This document shows positions 8,819 through 21,548 of a DNA stretch of 64,000 bases, one piece after another. The stretch's first letter is position 1; each line of letters begins with the position of its first letter. This DNA is from Candidatus Spongiisociaceae bacterium. Its GTDB lineage: Bacteria; Actinomycetota; Acidimicrobiia; Spongiisociales; Spongiisociaceae. Both the position numbers and the translations under genes were made by a program. Location: the NCBI GenBank assembly GCA_965202675.1, contig OZ241842.1:2098918-2162917 (forward strand), in the 5' to 3' direction. Under the pieces are notes generated by a model, which was given only the letters and a program-made list of their open reading frames with translations, did no database searches and was not told the DNA's origin.

Positions 8819-11800
8819 TCAGGCCAGCCAGACGGAGGTCAGGGCCTCGGCCTGTTCGATGACCGTGGGGGCGGCTTTCTCCCGTTTGTCGGGCGGGTAC
8901 CCGTGCTTGCGCAGGAGCCGTTTGACCGCGATGCGCAGCCGGGCGCGCACGTCTTCGCGCCGGGTCCAGTCGATGCCGGTGTTGGAGCGCACCGTTTCCA
9001 CCAGCTCGCGGGCGATCATGCTCAGCACCTCGTCGCCCATCACCGCCACCGCGCTGTCGTTGGTCTCCAGGGCGTCGTAGAAGGCCAGCTCCTCCTCGGT
9101 GAGGCCGAGCTCCTCCCCCCGCGCGTCGGCCGCCCGCATATCCCGGGCCAGGCCGATCAGCTCCTCGATCACCTGCGCCGCTTCCACGGCCCGGCTCCGG
9201 TAGCGGCGCAGGGCCTGTTCCAGCAGGTCGGAGAAGAGCTCCCCCTGCACCACGTTGCGCCGCCTGCGCCGCTTCACCTCCCCCCGGAGCAGCCTCTGCA
9301 GCAGCTCGACGGCCAGGTTGCGGCGGGGCATCCCCTTCACCTCGGCCAGGAACTCGTCGGAGAGGACGGAGATGTCGGGCCGGTCCAGCCCGGCGGCGGC
9401 GAACACATCCATCACCCCCTCGGCGACCACCGCCCGGGAGAGGATCTGGCGCACCGCGTGGTCCAACGCCTCCTCGGGCGCCACGCCGCCCGGCGTCCGC
9501 TTGACCAGGGCCGCCCGCACCGCCTGGAAGAAGGCCACATCCTCGCGTATCTCCTCGGTGATGCGGTGGGGGACCGCCAGGGCGAACGCCTGCGACAGCT
9601 GCCGCACCGCCTGCAGACAGCGGTCCTTGCCGTCCTGCAGGGCCAGGACGTGCTCCAGGGCGGCGGGCAGCAGCTCCAGCCGCTCCGCCCCGCCCCCGTC
9701 CGCCCACGCCGATCGGTCGAACCCGTGGAACATCCCCAGGCAGACCTCGTACTTCTCCTGCAGCGCCGCCGCCGCCTGCTCCTGGTCCAGCACCGCCTCG
9801 CCCCGCCCGCCTCCGTCCGCGTACACGGCCAGGGCCCGCTTCAGCTCGTGGGCCACCCCCAGGTAGTCCACCACCCGCCCGCCCGGCTTGTCCCTGAACA
9901 CCCGGTTGACCCTGGTGATGGCCTGCATCAGCCCGTGCCCCCGCATCGGCTTGTCCAGGTACATGGTGTGCAGGCTGGGGGCGTCGAACCCGGTCAGCCA
10001 CATGTCCCGCACCAGCACCATCCTGAGCGGGTCGCCCGGGTCGCGGAACCGGTCGCCCAGGGCCTTGCGGCGGCCCTTGGTGCGGATGTGGCGCTGCCAG
10101 TCGGGCGGGTCGGAAGCCGATCCGGTCATGACGATCTTGATCTCGCCCCCGCCGTCGTCCGGATGCTCCCAGCCGGGCCGCAGGCGCACCAGCTCCCGGT
10201 ACATATCCACACAGATGCGCCGGCTCATGCACACCACCAGCGCCTTGCCGTCCATGGCCTCCAGCCGCTCCTCGAAGTGGGCCACGATGTCCTCGGCCAC
10301 CTCCCGCAGGCGGTCCCCGGCGCCGACCAGGGCCTCCACCTGCGCCCATTTGCGCCCGAGGTCGTCCCGGCGCGACGACTCCTCCCCCTCGGTCACCTGC
10401 TCGAAGTCCTCGTCTATCTCCGCCCGCCGCCCTTCGTCGAGTGACAGCCCGACCAGGCGGCTCTCGTAGAAGACGGGGACGGTGGCCTTGTCCTCCACCG
10501 AGCGTTTGATGTCGTAGACGCTGATGTACTCGCCGAACACGGCCCTGGTGTTGGCGTCCTGCTGCTCGATCGGGGTGGCGGTGAAGCCAATGAAAGAGGC
10601 GTGCGGCAGGGCGTCGCGCATGTGGCGGGCGAACCCGTCGATGAAGTCGTACTGGCTGCGGTGGGCCTCGTCGGCGATCACCACGATGTTGCGCCGCTCG
10701 GACAGGACGGGGTGGGCGTCCCCCTTCTCCTCCGGGAAGAACTTCTGGATGGTGGTGAACACCACCCCGCCCGACTCCACCGACAGCCGCTTCCGCAGGT
10801 CGGCCCGGCTCTCCGCCTGGGCGGGCGGCTGGCGCAGCATATCCCGGCAGCGGGAGAAGGTGTCGAACAGCTGGTCGTCGAGGTCGTTGCGGTCGGTGAG
10901 CACGACGACGGTCGGGTTCTTCATGGCCGGCTCGCGGATGATCCGCCCGGCGTAGAACACCATGGTCAGGCTCTTGCCCGCCCCCTGGGTGTGCCAGACC
11001 ACCCCGATCCGCCGGTCGCCCGGCTTCCCGCCCCGCCCGGCCTCCCCGCCGGCGTCGGCGGGCGGCTGCGCACCGACCGCCCGCAGGGTCTCTCGGACGG
11101 CGGCCTGCACCGCGTGGAACTGGTGGTATCCGGACACCTTCTTGGCGGGGCGCTCCCCCTCGTAGCCCTCGAAGACGATGAAGTCCCGCATCAACGACAG
11201 GAAGCGCCGCGGCTCCAGCACCCCTTCGAAGAGCGCCCGCATCTCGTACCGGACCTCTCCGCCCTCCTCCTCGGCGGGGGTGCGCCACGGCTTGAACCAT
11301 TCCCGCCCGGCGGTGAGCGTTCCCACCCGCGCCTCGAGCCCGTCGGAAACGATCATCAGCCCGTTCATCGAGAACAGGTCCGTAAGCTCCGACTTGTAGG
11401 TCTGCAGCTGCTGCCAGGCGGTCCAGATGGTGGCGTCCTCGTCCAGCGGGTTCTTGAACTCGACCACCGCCAGCGGGAGGCCGTTGACGAACAGAACGAA
11501 GTCCGGCCGCCGCTCATGGTCGCCCTCCCTGACGATGAACTCGTCGAGGGCCAGCCAGTCGTTGTTGCCGGGCTCCTCGAAGTCGATCACCCGGGCCTGC
11601 ACCCCCTTGATGCGGTTGTTCCTGGTGCGGTACTCCACCGGCACCCCGTCCACCAGCATCCGGTGGAAGTTGCGGTTGCGGATCTCCGTCAGCGCCCCCT
11701 CGGGCCGGGTCAACCGGCGGAGGGCGTCCTCCCGCGCATAGGCGGGCAGGCCCGGGTTGAGCCGCTCGACGACCGCCCGCAGCCGCCCCTCCAGCACCAC

Positions 11801-11935
11801 CCTGCTGTAATCCGCCCGCTCCGAGTAGAGGCTGCCCGGTCCGTACAGGCCGCCCCCGGTCCGCCACCCCAGTTCCTCCAACACCTCGAGGGCGTGCGCT
11901 TGGACAACCGATTCGTCTATTCCCGATGCGGACAT
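8819..11935 (-). CDS. hsdR: Type I restriction endonuclease subunit R
   Basis: [20 protein letters not shown] nuclease motif, [39 protein letters not shown]3387-like C-terminus. Confidence 0.96.
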   Translation of the reverse strand: MSASGIDESVVQAHALEVLEELGWRTGGGLYGPGSLYSERADYSRVVLEGRLRAVVERLNPGLPAYAREDALRRLTRPEGALTEIRNRNFHRMLVDGVPVEYRTRNNRIKGVQARVIDFEEPGNNDWLALDEFIVREGDHERRPDFVLFVNGLPLAVVEFKNPLDEDATIWTAWQQLQTYKSELTDLFSMNGLMIVSDGLEARVGTLTAGREWFKPWRTPAEEEGGEVRYEMRALFEGVLEPRRFLSLMRDFIVFEGYEGERPAKKVSGYHQFHAVQAAVRETLRAVGAQPPADAGGEAGRGGKPGDRRIGVVWHTQGAGKSLTMVFYAGRIIREPAMKNPTVVVLTDRNDLDDQLFDTFSRCRDMLRQPPAQAESRADLRKRLSVESGGVVFTTIQKFFPEEKGDAHPVLSERRNIVVIADEAHRSQYDFIDGFARHMRDALPHASFIGFTATPIEQQDANTRAVFGEYISVYDIKRSVEDKATVPVFYESRLVGLSLDEGRRAEIDEDFEQVTEGEESSRRDDLGRKWAQVEALVGAGDRLREVAEDIVAHFEERLEAMDGKALVVCMSRRICVDMYRELVRLRPGWEHPDDGGGEIKIVMTGSASDPPDWQRHIRTKGRRKALGDRFRDPGDPLRMVLVRDMWLTGFDAPSLHTMYLDKPMRGHGLMQAITRVNRVFRDKPGGRVVDYLGVAHELKRALAVYADGGGRGEAVLDQEQAAAALQEKYEVCLGMFHGFDRSAWADGGGAERLELLPAALEHVLALQDGKDRCLQAVRQLSQAFALAVPHRITEEIREDVAFFQAVRAALVKRTPGGVAPEEALDHAVRQILSRAVVAEGVMDVFAAAGLDRPDISVLSDEFLAEVKGMPRRNLAVELLQRLLRGEVKRRRRRNVVQGELFSDLLEQALRRYRSRAVEAAQVIEELIGLARDMRAADARGEELGLTEEELAFYDALETNDSAVAVMGDEVLSMIARELVETVRSNTGIDWTRREDVRARLRIAVKRLLRKHGYPPDKREKAAPTVIEQAEALTSVWLA

Positions 11936-11979
11936 ACGGTCAAGCAGGCTATCAGTCCCCCGGACGGCCGAGGCTGCGC

Positions 11980-12762
11980 CTATCCGGCCGTGAGCGCCCG
12001 CTCGAGCTCATCGGGCCGGGACCACATCACAGGGAGGGAAGCGCCCCGCAGCATCGCGATGTCCTCCCCCCGCCATACGTCCACGGTGTCGTCGAACAGC
12101 GAGATGATCGGCTTCTGCCAAGCCTCGCCGGACTGGTCCAACAGATCGCAACAAGCCGAGTAGACGTGTTTGCTGGCGAGCCCGGCGGCGGCGCGCGAAC
12201 GGCTGCTCAGGACGAACACCAGCGAGGTGCGTTCGTCTGCGGTTACTCGGTAGTCCACCGTCCAGTCGCGGCCGGACCTTCCGGCGTGGATCGCGCCCTT
12301 GTCGAAGGTGAAGCGATGCCCGCCGAGCCAGTCCTCCAACTCGTCGGCCACCCCTCCCACCGGCCGCACGCGCAGCGTGAACCATATGTCGGCCACGCGC
12401 GCCGCCGCCTGCGCCACCCGATGGACGGCATCAGCCAGCTGCTTGCCGTCCTTGTAGGCGAGCGTTATCGCGCCGTTCTCCATTTCCACCCCAAGGGTCT
12501 GGCAGATGTTGTCGACCATCCACTGCCTGGTGGGGGAGAGGCGGGCCTCTGTGTTTTGCATTCCCAGCCACCCCAAAGCATCACCGAAGTCGGTTATAAC
12601 CCGCCGATCATCGTTGTGATGCACGAAAACTTCGATTATGCCACCGTCCGGATACAGCAGGGGCGTTGCCACCCTCACCACGCCCGGCTTGGGCATGGGA
12701 GAGCACTCGAACATACTGGGCAGACCGCCGCGCAATAATTCACTGATCTGGTCTGTGGTCAT
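11980..12762 (-). CDS. DUF1828-domain protein, R-M accessory gene
   Basis: [15 protein letters not shown]...ITDFGDAL N-terminal motif; C-terminal DWTVDYRV...IISLFDD region; start set at ATG 12762, overlapping the end of hsdS. Confidence 0.7.
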   Translation of the reverse strand: MTTDQISELLRGGLPSMFECSPMPKPGVVRVATPLLYPDGGIIEVFVHHNDDRRVITDFGDALGWLGMQNTEARLSPTRQWMVDNICQTLGVEMENGAITLAYKDGKQLADAVHRVAQAAARVADIWFTLRVRPVGGVADELEDWLGGHRFTFDKGAIHAGRSGRDWTVDYRVTADERTSLVFVLSSRSRAAAGLASKHVYSACCDLLDQSGEAWQKPIISLFDDTVDVWRGEDIAMLRGASLPVMWSRPDELERALTAG

Positions 12763-14071
12763 CACTTTTCCAATCTGAATCAATCCTAATCTTACCCGAC
12801 AACAGCTTGGGCAGTAGCGCATCGCGCAGTTCTGCTAGTGTGGATGTTTCTCGTCGGTTGGCGAGTATACGATCAAATAAAACCGAAGTATGTTCCCGAA
12901 ATATCTGTAGGATTGAACCTGTAGGTATGATAGTATCAATAGACATGGCATAGTTCACTTGAGCTCGTTGATGGCTTTTAGAAGTTCCTGTAACTAACGA
13001 CTGTAGCTGTTGCCTAAATATGGTAGAGCGTGCCAAACAATAAATATAGGCTGTGGAGAAACATAGTTTGGGTTTCAGAACCAGAAATTCTGTGGAACAC
13101 ACTGCCCTATCACCTCGTTTTAAATCAACCAACCAAACTCTATCAATTGCGGGATTAAGCCTCGATAATAATACTACGCCAGGTGATAGGATTGTCTTAA
13201 TACTTTTTATGTCTTTACCTGGCTCAAGACGAGGCTTGCAATCTTTGTCATAGGCAGGAATGCTAAAATGTTGAAATAAGGTATCTGGAGATAGTATAGG
13301 ATTTTCCTTGTCCGTTAAATTATACGCAATATGGCTTAGCGTCTTTGTTGACCATCCTTCTGGTATCTCGCCTAGCCTGGAAGGTACGAAACGGTCAGGA
13401 AATAGGTCGTATAGTTCAGCAGGCAGTCCAGGGAGTGAATGGCCTGGTTGCCAGCGACCATCCATCTTGGCCCGAACCGGATCAAAATCAATAAACCACG
13501 ACTCGAACAAAGTCCGCGCCATTTCCTCCAGCGTCTCGTTCATCCGCCGATTCAATTCAATCTTGTCATCCAAAGAGCGGAGAATATGTGCTATAGCTCG
13601 TTGTTCTTTAAGCGGAGGAAGAAGGATTTTTAACTTCGCAAGGTCTTTTGGACGGATGGACGGATAGGCAGATGTATTATTTTCGGCAAGAGTTTGAAGA
13701 TATTCAATTATTATATCTTGAGTTAAAAAATAGTAAATATAATCAGTATAAGCTAATTTACCTATCCCCCGTATTGTAGCAAAGCCAGTAGAAACTAAAA
13801 CATTACCTGGTAACGTTTTAAGAATACCAAAATGTCGCATATTCGGTCGAACTGTTGAATAAACAATATCGCCTTGACAAACCTTTCTACGAGCTCTGTT
13901 AGGGAGCATATTCGGATTTGAAAATAATTGATATCTAGAAATATGATTGTCGGTTATGCTACCAGTATCAAGATAATTGATATACGGCCAGTTCTCGTTT
14001 AATGAATACAGATCAGCGTTTATAATAGCGCAATTTTCAAGAGTAACATACTGCCATTGATTAGACTTCAT
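12740..14071 (-). CDS. hsdS: Type I restriction specificity subunit
   Basis: Two AT-rich variable regions (TRDs) separated by conserved LPPLKEQRAIAHILRSLDDKIELNRRMNETLE...GEIPEGW; C-terminal LAELRDALLPKLLSG. Confidence 0.95.
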   Translation of the reverse strand: MKSNQWQYVTLENCAIINADLYSLNENWPYINYLDTGSITDNHISRYQLFSNPNMLPNRARRKVCQGDIVYSTVRPNMRHFGILKTLPGNVLVSTGFATIRGIGKLAYTDYIYYFLTQDIIIEYLQTLAENNTSAYPSIRPKDLAKLKILLPPLKEQRAIAHILRSLDDKIELNRRMNETLEEMARTLFESWFIDFDPVRAKMDGRWQPGHSLPGLPAELYDLFPDRFVPSRLGEIPEGWSTKTLSHIAYNLTDKENPILSPDTLFQHFSIPAYDKDCKPRLEPGKDIKSIKTILSPGVVLLSRLNPAIDRVWLVDLKRGDRAVCSTEFLVLKPKLCFSTAYIYCLARSTIFRQQLQSLVTGTSKSHQRAQVNYAMSIDTIIPTGSILQIFREHTSVLFDRILANRRETSTLAELRDALLPKLLSGKIRIDSDWKSDDHRPDQ

Positions 14072-14276
14072 CGCCGCACCGCCTTGTTGTTGGATTCTAG
14101 ATGTTTATCTATATCCTTGATAAAATCTCGAAGCATATCAATTTTATCTAATTTAGTCCTCTTTATTAGATCCTTTCTTATAACTAAGAATAATTCACCC
14201 AAAAGAAAAACCCCTTCGTGGTCTGGGTTGTTCTGGCCCTGCTCAGCATTTTCTCTAGTATAAAAGTGTTGCATTA

Positions 14277-15237
14277 GAGCATTAGCGGATAGGGGCTGGT
14301 TTGGGGTTCCATCGGTTTCTCCAGTTGATGAGTTTGATGATGATGATCAGAGCGATGGCGAGCCGGAGCTGGGCTTGGCGGTGCTGGGGGCGGCGGTCGG
14401 TGTTGCGTCGGAGTTGCCCGTAGTTCGAGAGCCACGAGTTGGTCCGTTCGACGGTCCAGCGCATCCCGAGCGGTGCGGGCAGTTTCTTGGGCCGGGCTGC
14501 ACCGGGGGGGCGTTTCCGGGCGCATACTATGTCGGTGATTCCGTAGCTGCGGCAGAGGCCGCGGGTTTTGGGGCTGTCGTAGCCCCGGTCGAGGTGGAGG
14601 GTCTCAATGTCGGGGATCAGCCCCCGATCCCGGATGGCTTGGAGGGTGGGGGCCAACAGCACGGTGTCGTGGCGGTTGGCGGCTCCGGCGGCGGAAGCGA
14701 CGGGGATGCCGTTGCGGTCGACGGCCAGGGACCATTTCCAGCCGGATTTGGCCCGGTCGGTGGGGTTTTTCCCGGTTCCGGGACCTCCGCAGGGCGCTTT
14801 GTGGGCGCTGCCGTCGATGGATACTTCGGTTAGGTCGAGTCCGATCATCCGGTCGTAGGCCCGAAGGGCTTCGGCTTCGAGCTGTTTGAACACACCGGCT
14901 TTGATCCATTCATCGCGGCGGTTCCGCAGGGTGGTGTCAGAAACGGCGTAGTCCAGCAGACGCTCCACGGCTTGCCAGGAGCATCCGAGGATCAACCGGA
15001 TGAGAATCCCCCAGAAGCAGAGCCGGTCGGGAACCCGCGGGCGGTGGCAGCCGAGGGGGTGGTTGTCCACTGGCTGGGGGATCAGGTGTTTGACCGCCTC
15101 CCAGACCGCGTTTACGACTTCGGGTTCGAGCGCGCGCATAATATGCCTCCACCGGTTAGGGGATGTGTTCCGCTCGGGGATCCAACCCGAGAAAACACCC
15201 CAACCGGTGGATTTCCCTCACCTATCCGCTAATGCTC
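14277..15237 (-). mobile_element. IS5-family insertion sequence (961 bp)
   Basis: Perfect 17-bp terminal inverted repeats GAGCATTAGCGGATAGG (14277-14293 / 15221-15237); TTA target duplication (14274-14276, 15238-15240). Confidence 0.95.
14282..15139 (-). CDS. IS5-family transposase
   Basis: SIDGSAHKAP, LAVDRNGIP, LHLDRGYDS and RWTVERTNSWL DDE-region motifs; single ORF. Confidence 0.93.
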   Translation of the reverse strand: MRALEPEVVNAVWEAVKHLIPQPVDNHPLGCHRPRVPDRLCFWGILIRLILGCSWQAVERLLDYAVSDTTLRNRRDEWIKAGVFKQLEAEALRAYDRMIGLDLTEVSIDGSAHKAPCGGPGTGKNPTDRAKSGWKWSLAVDRNGIPVASAAGAANRHDTVLLAPTLQAIRDRGLIPDIETLHLDRGYDSPKTRGLCRSYGITDIVCARKRPPGAARPKKLPAPLGMRWTVERTNSWLSNYGQLRRNTDRRPQHRQAQLRLAIALIIIIKLINWRNRWNPKPAPIR

Positions 15238-15546
15238 TTAGTTTGTTCAAAGCTCGCACAACATCATCAGAACCCATAAGTTTCAGTTCAAACGTATTCC
15301 TACGATACTCATAGGACAGAATCTGCTTTAGGTCTTCCTCGGTAAGGTCCTCTTTGTTTACAACCGAATTAAGTAGTCGAATATATGGCTCAAGAGCCTG
15401 CATATATATTTTCCTGCGCTCATCTTGCAGGCGTTCCTGCTCTCTCCTTACAGAATCAAAGTATTGACGAAGGAACCAACCGGTAGGTCCAACTATCAAA
15501 GCGACTACAATCGGAGCTGTAATGTTCATTGCCCAGTCCATGATTA

Positions 15547-17135
<1,589 letters not shown>

Positions 17136-17139
<4 letters not shown>

Positions 17140-17735
17140 GATTGCTCCAGCAGAGCTTTGAAGAAGCGATCGGCATAAGGAGAAGCCCGACGAACCTTTT
17201 CAGGGTCCAATCTGGCTAAGATCTCAAAACCGTGCTTGCCTTTATTGCGTTCGTATACACCCTTTTGCGTTTTGCGTGTAGCTTGATTGAGTCCAGAAAT
17301 AACTGTTTGTTTAGGGATGTTTTCAATATTTGGATCTTTTGGTAGGGCTCCTGCCACAAAATCTTGGCCATAGTATTTCGCAAGCTCCTCTTTATTGGAT
17401 AGAAACCAAGATTCCATAAGTTGCACCATAAGATGATATTGATCATCCGCAGCATCAGCAGGTTTTTTCCAACCCTCCAGCTTTTCTAAGTGTTCCCATG
17501 CGCTATTAGCAGTTACAGGTCCTTCAGCGTCTACAAGAAGCAAAGCCCTTGCTCTGTCGTTGCGCTTATGATGTTTAGTGAACTCTCTATGGGCTCTTGA
17601 GCGGCTCCCACAGGTTGCAACTTTGAAAGATTCGTGATGTGCGCCTGTCTTTTCGATAAAGAGCCCAACAAGTCTACGTATTTCCTTGTCGGATTTTTGT
17701 TTGCTTCCGCCTTCCATATATATCTTATTTACCAT
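17136..17735 (-). CDS. DUF4276-like TOPRIM-fold protein (copy 2)
   Basis: [35 protein letters not shown]; clear paralog of 6801-7409; overlaps the ATPase stop and the hsdM start. Confidence 0.8.
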
Positions 17736-18925
17736 CTTGTCCCACCGATTTGCCCTGCCATCCAAATTTCCCCCAGTCGATAATCTTCAAGCCATGATTC
17801 GATTTCGTCCTTACCGACACGTCGTAATCTAGTAGCACCATTTTGTTTTTCACATATAACGATAGATTCAGGTATATCTGTTAGAGCATCCACCAGAGCA
17901 TCAGAATGGGTTGTCACGATAATCTGACTCCGCTCAGAAGCCTCAATTAAGAGGTCTGCTATTTCTGCTATAATATCAGGGTGCAAACCGACTTCGGGTT
18001 CTTCTATACAGATCACAGGTGGTGGATCTGGATGACACAAAACTGCTAAAAGGCAAAGATAACGCAGGCTACCATCGGACATATTTGTGGCGGAGATCGG
18101 ATGGCGAAGTGGCCCTTCATGGAAGAACATCTGGATACTGTTGCCAATAGACTCAAAAACGATGTCGTTTATGTCAGGATAGAATCTCTTCATCCTGAGC
18201 ATAATATTATTCTTTACGCCGGGGTTTGTTAGCAAGCTGTTCATGACCGAGCTCAGATTGTGACCGAGTTCCGATAAAAAATTTCTTGGCAAATCAAGTC
18301 TTCCTGGCTGACGCGGTGGTTCGGCTTTGGGAAAGTCCCAACTGCGATGAAACTGTATGTGCTCAAAACAGCTTGCCAAATATGTCAGTTCTGGATTGGC
18401 ACCTCGTTGCTGTGCTAAAATGGATAATTCAGTATCTACATCCTCAATTGGAATATCTGATACATAACGCATTTTAGATTCGTTGTCTTGTTTGGATAAA
18501 TACGTTATTTTGGCTTTACCTGCTCGATAACGATAGTAGTGATAAGGCAAACTAGGATCTACCGGTGGTGTAGCCTTTTCAATTACTTCATCTACAAGTA
18601 CGAATCTCCGAGCAGTTTCAGTGAAAGCTAAACGATATCGTATCGGTTCCCATATAGATTCTATAGTAACTTCAACCGAGGATATTCCTAGTTGCTCAGA
18701 ACCTTTCCATATCCATTCGCGTGCGCCGCCGCCTAATAATATCCGATGCTGAATGTTTCTAGGTGCCTCGGCTAAGAGGGCTAGTACTTCAATCAAGTTG
18801 GATTTCCCAGAGGCGTTGGGGCCAATCAAAACATTCAACGGTTCAAGAGCGAATTCGTCATTGCCCGGGCCATATGAAAGAATGTTATCAAGACGGATTG
18901 TATGGATGAATCTGTGGCCATCCAT
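17729..18925 (-). CDS. ABC-type (AAA_21-like) ATPase (copy 2)
   Basis: GPNASGKSN, MSDGSLRYLCLL, CIEEPEVGLHP, IVTTHS, C-terminal [15 protein letters not shown]. Confidence 0.9.
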   Translation of the reverse strand: MDGHRFIHTIRLDNILSYGPGNDEFALEPLNVLIGPNASGKSNLIEVLALLAEAPRNIQHRILLGGGAREWIWKGSEQLGISSVEVTIESIWEPIRYRLAFTETARRFVLVDEVIEKATPPVDPSLPYHYYRYRAGKAKITYLSKQDNESKMRYVSDIPIEDVDTELSILAQQRGANPELTYLASCFEHIQFHRSWDFPKAEPPRQPGRLDLPRNFLSELGHNLSSVMNSLLTNPGVKNNIMLRMKRFYPDINDIVFESIGNSIQMFFHEGPLRHPISATNMSDGSLRYLCLLAVLCHPDPPPVICIEEPEVGLHPDIIAEIADLLIEASERSQIIVTTHSDALVDALTDIPESIVICEKQNGATRLRRVGKDEIESWLEDYRLGEIWMAGQIGGTRW

Positions 18926-18942
18926 TTGTTCGCCTCCAGTAG

Positions 18943-19209
18943 CTAGTTGTAATCGTCTCTGTGCGGCCGGCCGAGGAGCAAGGCCTGTATGGTGCCGCTC
19001 TCACCCCGCGATGTCGCTTCGTGCCTGCCGTTCCACCAGTCGGTGTTCTTGTCCAGGATGATTTCTATCTGCCTGATGTCGCTCGGCTCCAAGTCGTCGA
19101 TGCCGCCCTCGTACCCTTCGACCACCACGCGCAGGTCGGCCGGGTACCGGGAAAGTATCCGCATCAGGTCTCGGACGGTCGTCGGTTTGACCGTGGTGGT
19201 GCTCGCCAT
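18943..19209 (-). CDS. Small hypothetical protein
   Basis: TVRDLMRILSRYPADLRVVVEGYEGGIDDL; plausible codon usage; no function assignable. Confidence 0.6.
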   Translation of the reverse strand: MASTTTVKPTTVRDLMRILSRYPADLRVVVEGYEGGIDDLEPSDIRQIEIILDKNTDWWNGRHEATSRGESGTIQALLLGRPHRDDYN

Positions 19210-19495
19210 GCGGCCAGTGTAATAGAACCACCCGAGATGTGGCAAGGCTCAGGCGCGACCGTCAGGGCCGCAAGCCGATGTCGATACGGATGGGGTTCAC
19301 CCAGGCGTTGCGGGAGGTGATCCGCATCGGGCGGGCGGGTCGTCAAGGGTGTTCCAGGTTCCTCGGATCAGGGGCACCGGTTCTTCCGGCCAAGAGGAGG
19401 GGGGCCGTTTTGGAGAGTGCCGCGTCGGCCAGCCCGCTGTCGAGGAGAGAGCAGAACAGGCGGGCGCCTCCCTCCGCCAATCAGCCGGTCGACGG

Positions 19496-19870
19496 TCAGT
19501 TGGCCGCAGCCGTTGGTTGTTGAAGAAGAACAGCGGCGGGGATTCCGAGGCGCTCGTGAAGGGCGCGCGCCGTCGACATGTTGAGGGCACGTTTGCCGGA
19601 CAGCACATCCGAAACCTCGGAAGGGCTCCCTATGAGCGGGACGAGGTCTTGTCGGGTCAACCCTGCCTGTTCCATACGAAACTCGATAGCGGCAACCGGG
19701 CTCGGATAACCGATTGGATGGTGCTTGGATTCGTAATGTTCAACGAGGTCAACCAGGATTTCTAGTTCCTCGCTCTCCGGAGTGTTCTCTTCGGCATCAA
19801 AGATTTTGTCGATTCTCGCGAGCGCGCGATCAAGATCCTCATCCGTGCGGATCGGCTTGATGTCGGCCAT
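19496..19870 (-). CDS. higA: HigA-family antitoxin / HTH regulator
   Basis: IKPIRTDEDLDRALARID...LVEHYE...FRMEQAGLTRQDL...VLSGKRALN...LHERLGIPA; GAGGAGG RBS. Confidence 0.88.
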   Translation of the reverse strand: MADIKPIRTDEDLDRALARIDKIFDAEENTPESEELEILVDLVEHYESKHHPIGYPSPVAAIEFRMEQAGLTRQDLVPLIGSPSEVSDVLSGKRALNMSTARALHERLGIPAAVLLQQPTAAAN

Positions 19871-19872
19871 CT

Positions 19873-19910
19873 CTACACCTCCTCTGCCTTTGTCCGGTGT
19901 ATTCGCCGTG
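19873..19910 (-). pseudogene. higB: Last ~12 codons of a deleted HigB toxin gene
   Basis: Reads HGEY(D)RTKAEEV* with a one-base deletion, resembling the HigB C-terminus (THxEYDxIDAEEV); stop lies 2 bp before the higA start. Confidence 0.6.
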
Positions 19911-21494
19911 TCAGCTGGCCAGGGCCAGGGCGGTCTCGACCCGGGGGTCGGCGGCCGCTTGGCGCAGGCCGTCCGGTGAGAGCTCGATGGCCGACACGGG
20001 CCCCCATTCTCCCATCCAGGGGCCTCGGATGGATATTCGGTGGTTCCGGTTGCGGAGGGCGTCGGCCGCCGAGGAGCCGAGGCGGGACTCCACGCCTATC
20101 TCAGGCCGGGCGGCGGCTGTCTGGTCGATCGCCCAGCGGGGGATGGTCTGGGCGGCGGCCAGGTCTGCTCCGGCGTAGAAGCGGTGGGCGGCCATCTGGG
20201 CTGCCAGTTGGGGCTGCAGATGCCCTCCTCTGGTGCCCAGCAGCAGGGCGAGGCGGCCCTCTCTGGTCCAGATGGTGGGGGACAGGGTGTGGAGCGGTCG
20301 GCGGCCCGGGGCCAGCTCGTTGGGATGGCCCGGGGCGAGGGTGAATCCGGCCCCCCGGTTGTGGAGCCAGACCCCGGTCCTACCCGCCGAGAGTCCGGAG
20401 CCGATGCCGTGGAAGTTGGACTGGATGAGCGAGACGCCCATCCCCGTCCTGTCGACGGTGCACATGTAGGCGGTGCCGCCAGCGGCCGGAAGCGGGTAGG
20501 GCCATGCGCCGGTTCGATCCGGATCTATCCGGGCGGCCCGGTCGTCCAGCTTGGCGGGGTCGAGCAGGCCGGGGCCGGTCGTTCCGCCGGAGGCCGGGTC
20601 GGCCAGGAGATGGTCCCGTTCCCCCGCCATCGAACGGTACGACTCGATCAGGGCGTGCCAGTAGGCGGGGTGGAGGGGGTCGGCGGGGGCGTCCAGCCGC
20701 TCGAAGACGGACAAGGAGGCCAGGGTCAGGTAGCCCTGGCTGTTGGGCGGGGCGGTCCAGGCGGTGCGCCCGAACAGGTCCAAGGCCAGGGGTTCCACCC
20801 AGTCGGCCTGCGGACGGGCCAGGTCATCGCCGGTAATGACGCCGCCGGTTGCCTCGGTTACGGCGGCGCCGATCCGGTCGAGGTAGAAGGCGTCGCGTCC
20901 GGAGGCGATAGACCGCAGGGTCTCGGCCAGCAAGGGCCGGGCAATCCGCTGCCCCACCGCCGGGCGGCGTCCGTCCGGGAACATGGGCGCCGCCGAGGGT
21001 TGGGCCAGAAGCAGCTCGCGATGGCGGGCCAACGCCTCGGAGAGCTCGACCGAGGCGGGAAACCCTTCCTGCGCCAGGCGGACGGCCGGAGCGAGGGATT
21101 CGGAGAGGGGCAGGCGGCCGAAACGTCCGGCGAGGGCGTACCAGCCGTCCACGCAGCCGGGGACGGTGACCGACGCCGGTCCATGGAGGGGCATAGTTTG
21201 GTGGCCCCGGTCGCGCAGAGCGGCGGCGTCGGCGCCCGATCCGGCTCTCCCCGAGGCGTTCAGGCAGGCGGGGGAGGCGCTGTCCGGGGTCAGGACGAGG
21301 GCGAACAGGTCGCCCCCCACCCCGCAGGTCTCGGGTGCGGCCACCCCCTGGACGGCGTTGGCGGCGACGGCGCCGTCCACCGCATTGCCGCCCGCCCGCA
21401 TGATTTCCAGGGCCGCCAGGGCGGCCAGCTCGTGCGGAGCAACCGCGCAGGCGCCGAAACCGCGGGCGGTGCGGACGGGGGCGGGGGGCCTCAT
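19911..21494 (-). CDS. ggt: Gamma-glutamyltransferase family protein
   Basis: GGNAVDGAVAANAV, CGVGGDLF, GGTAYMCTVDRTGMGVSLIQSNFHGIGSG (Thr nucleophile), RRPLHTLSP. Confidence 0.9.
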   Translation of the reverse strand: MRPPAPVRTARGFGACAVAPHELAALAALEIMRAGGNAVDGAVAANAVQGVAAPETCGVGGDLFALVLTPDSASPACLNASGRAGSGADAAALRDRGHQTMPLHGPASVTVPGCVDGWYALAGRFGRLPLSESLAPAVRLAQEGFPASVELSEALARHRELLLAQPSAAPMFPDGRRPAVGQRIARPLLAETLRSIASGRDAFYLDRIGAAVTEATGGVITGDDLARPQADWVEPLALDLFGRTAWTAPPNSQGYLTLASLSVFERLDAPADPLHPAYWHALIESYRSMAGERDHLLADPASGGTTGPGLLDPAKLDDRAARIDPDRTGAWPYPLPAAGGTAYMCTVDRTGMGVSLIQSNFHGIGSGLSAGRTGVWLHNRGAGFTLAPGHPNELAPGRRPLHTLSPTIWTREGRLALLLGTRGGHLQPQLAAQMAAHRFYAGADLAAAQTIPRWAIDQTAAARPEIGVESRLGSSAADALRNRNHRISIRGPWMGEWGPVSAIELSPDGLRQAAADPRVETALALAS

Positions 21495-21548
21495 GGTAAA
21501 TCAGGATAGGCAGGCCGACCGCTACCCTTCCCGCCGAAGGGAGCGGAC

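Larger units (their letters stand above)
14068..15541 (-). pseudogene. Small TM plus helical protein gene split by IS5 (169 aa when rejoined)
   Basis: Removing 14277-15237 and one TTA joins ...VVRALNKL to MQHFYTRE... in frame (510 bp); the stop overlaps the hsdS start (ATGA). Confidence 0.85.
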
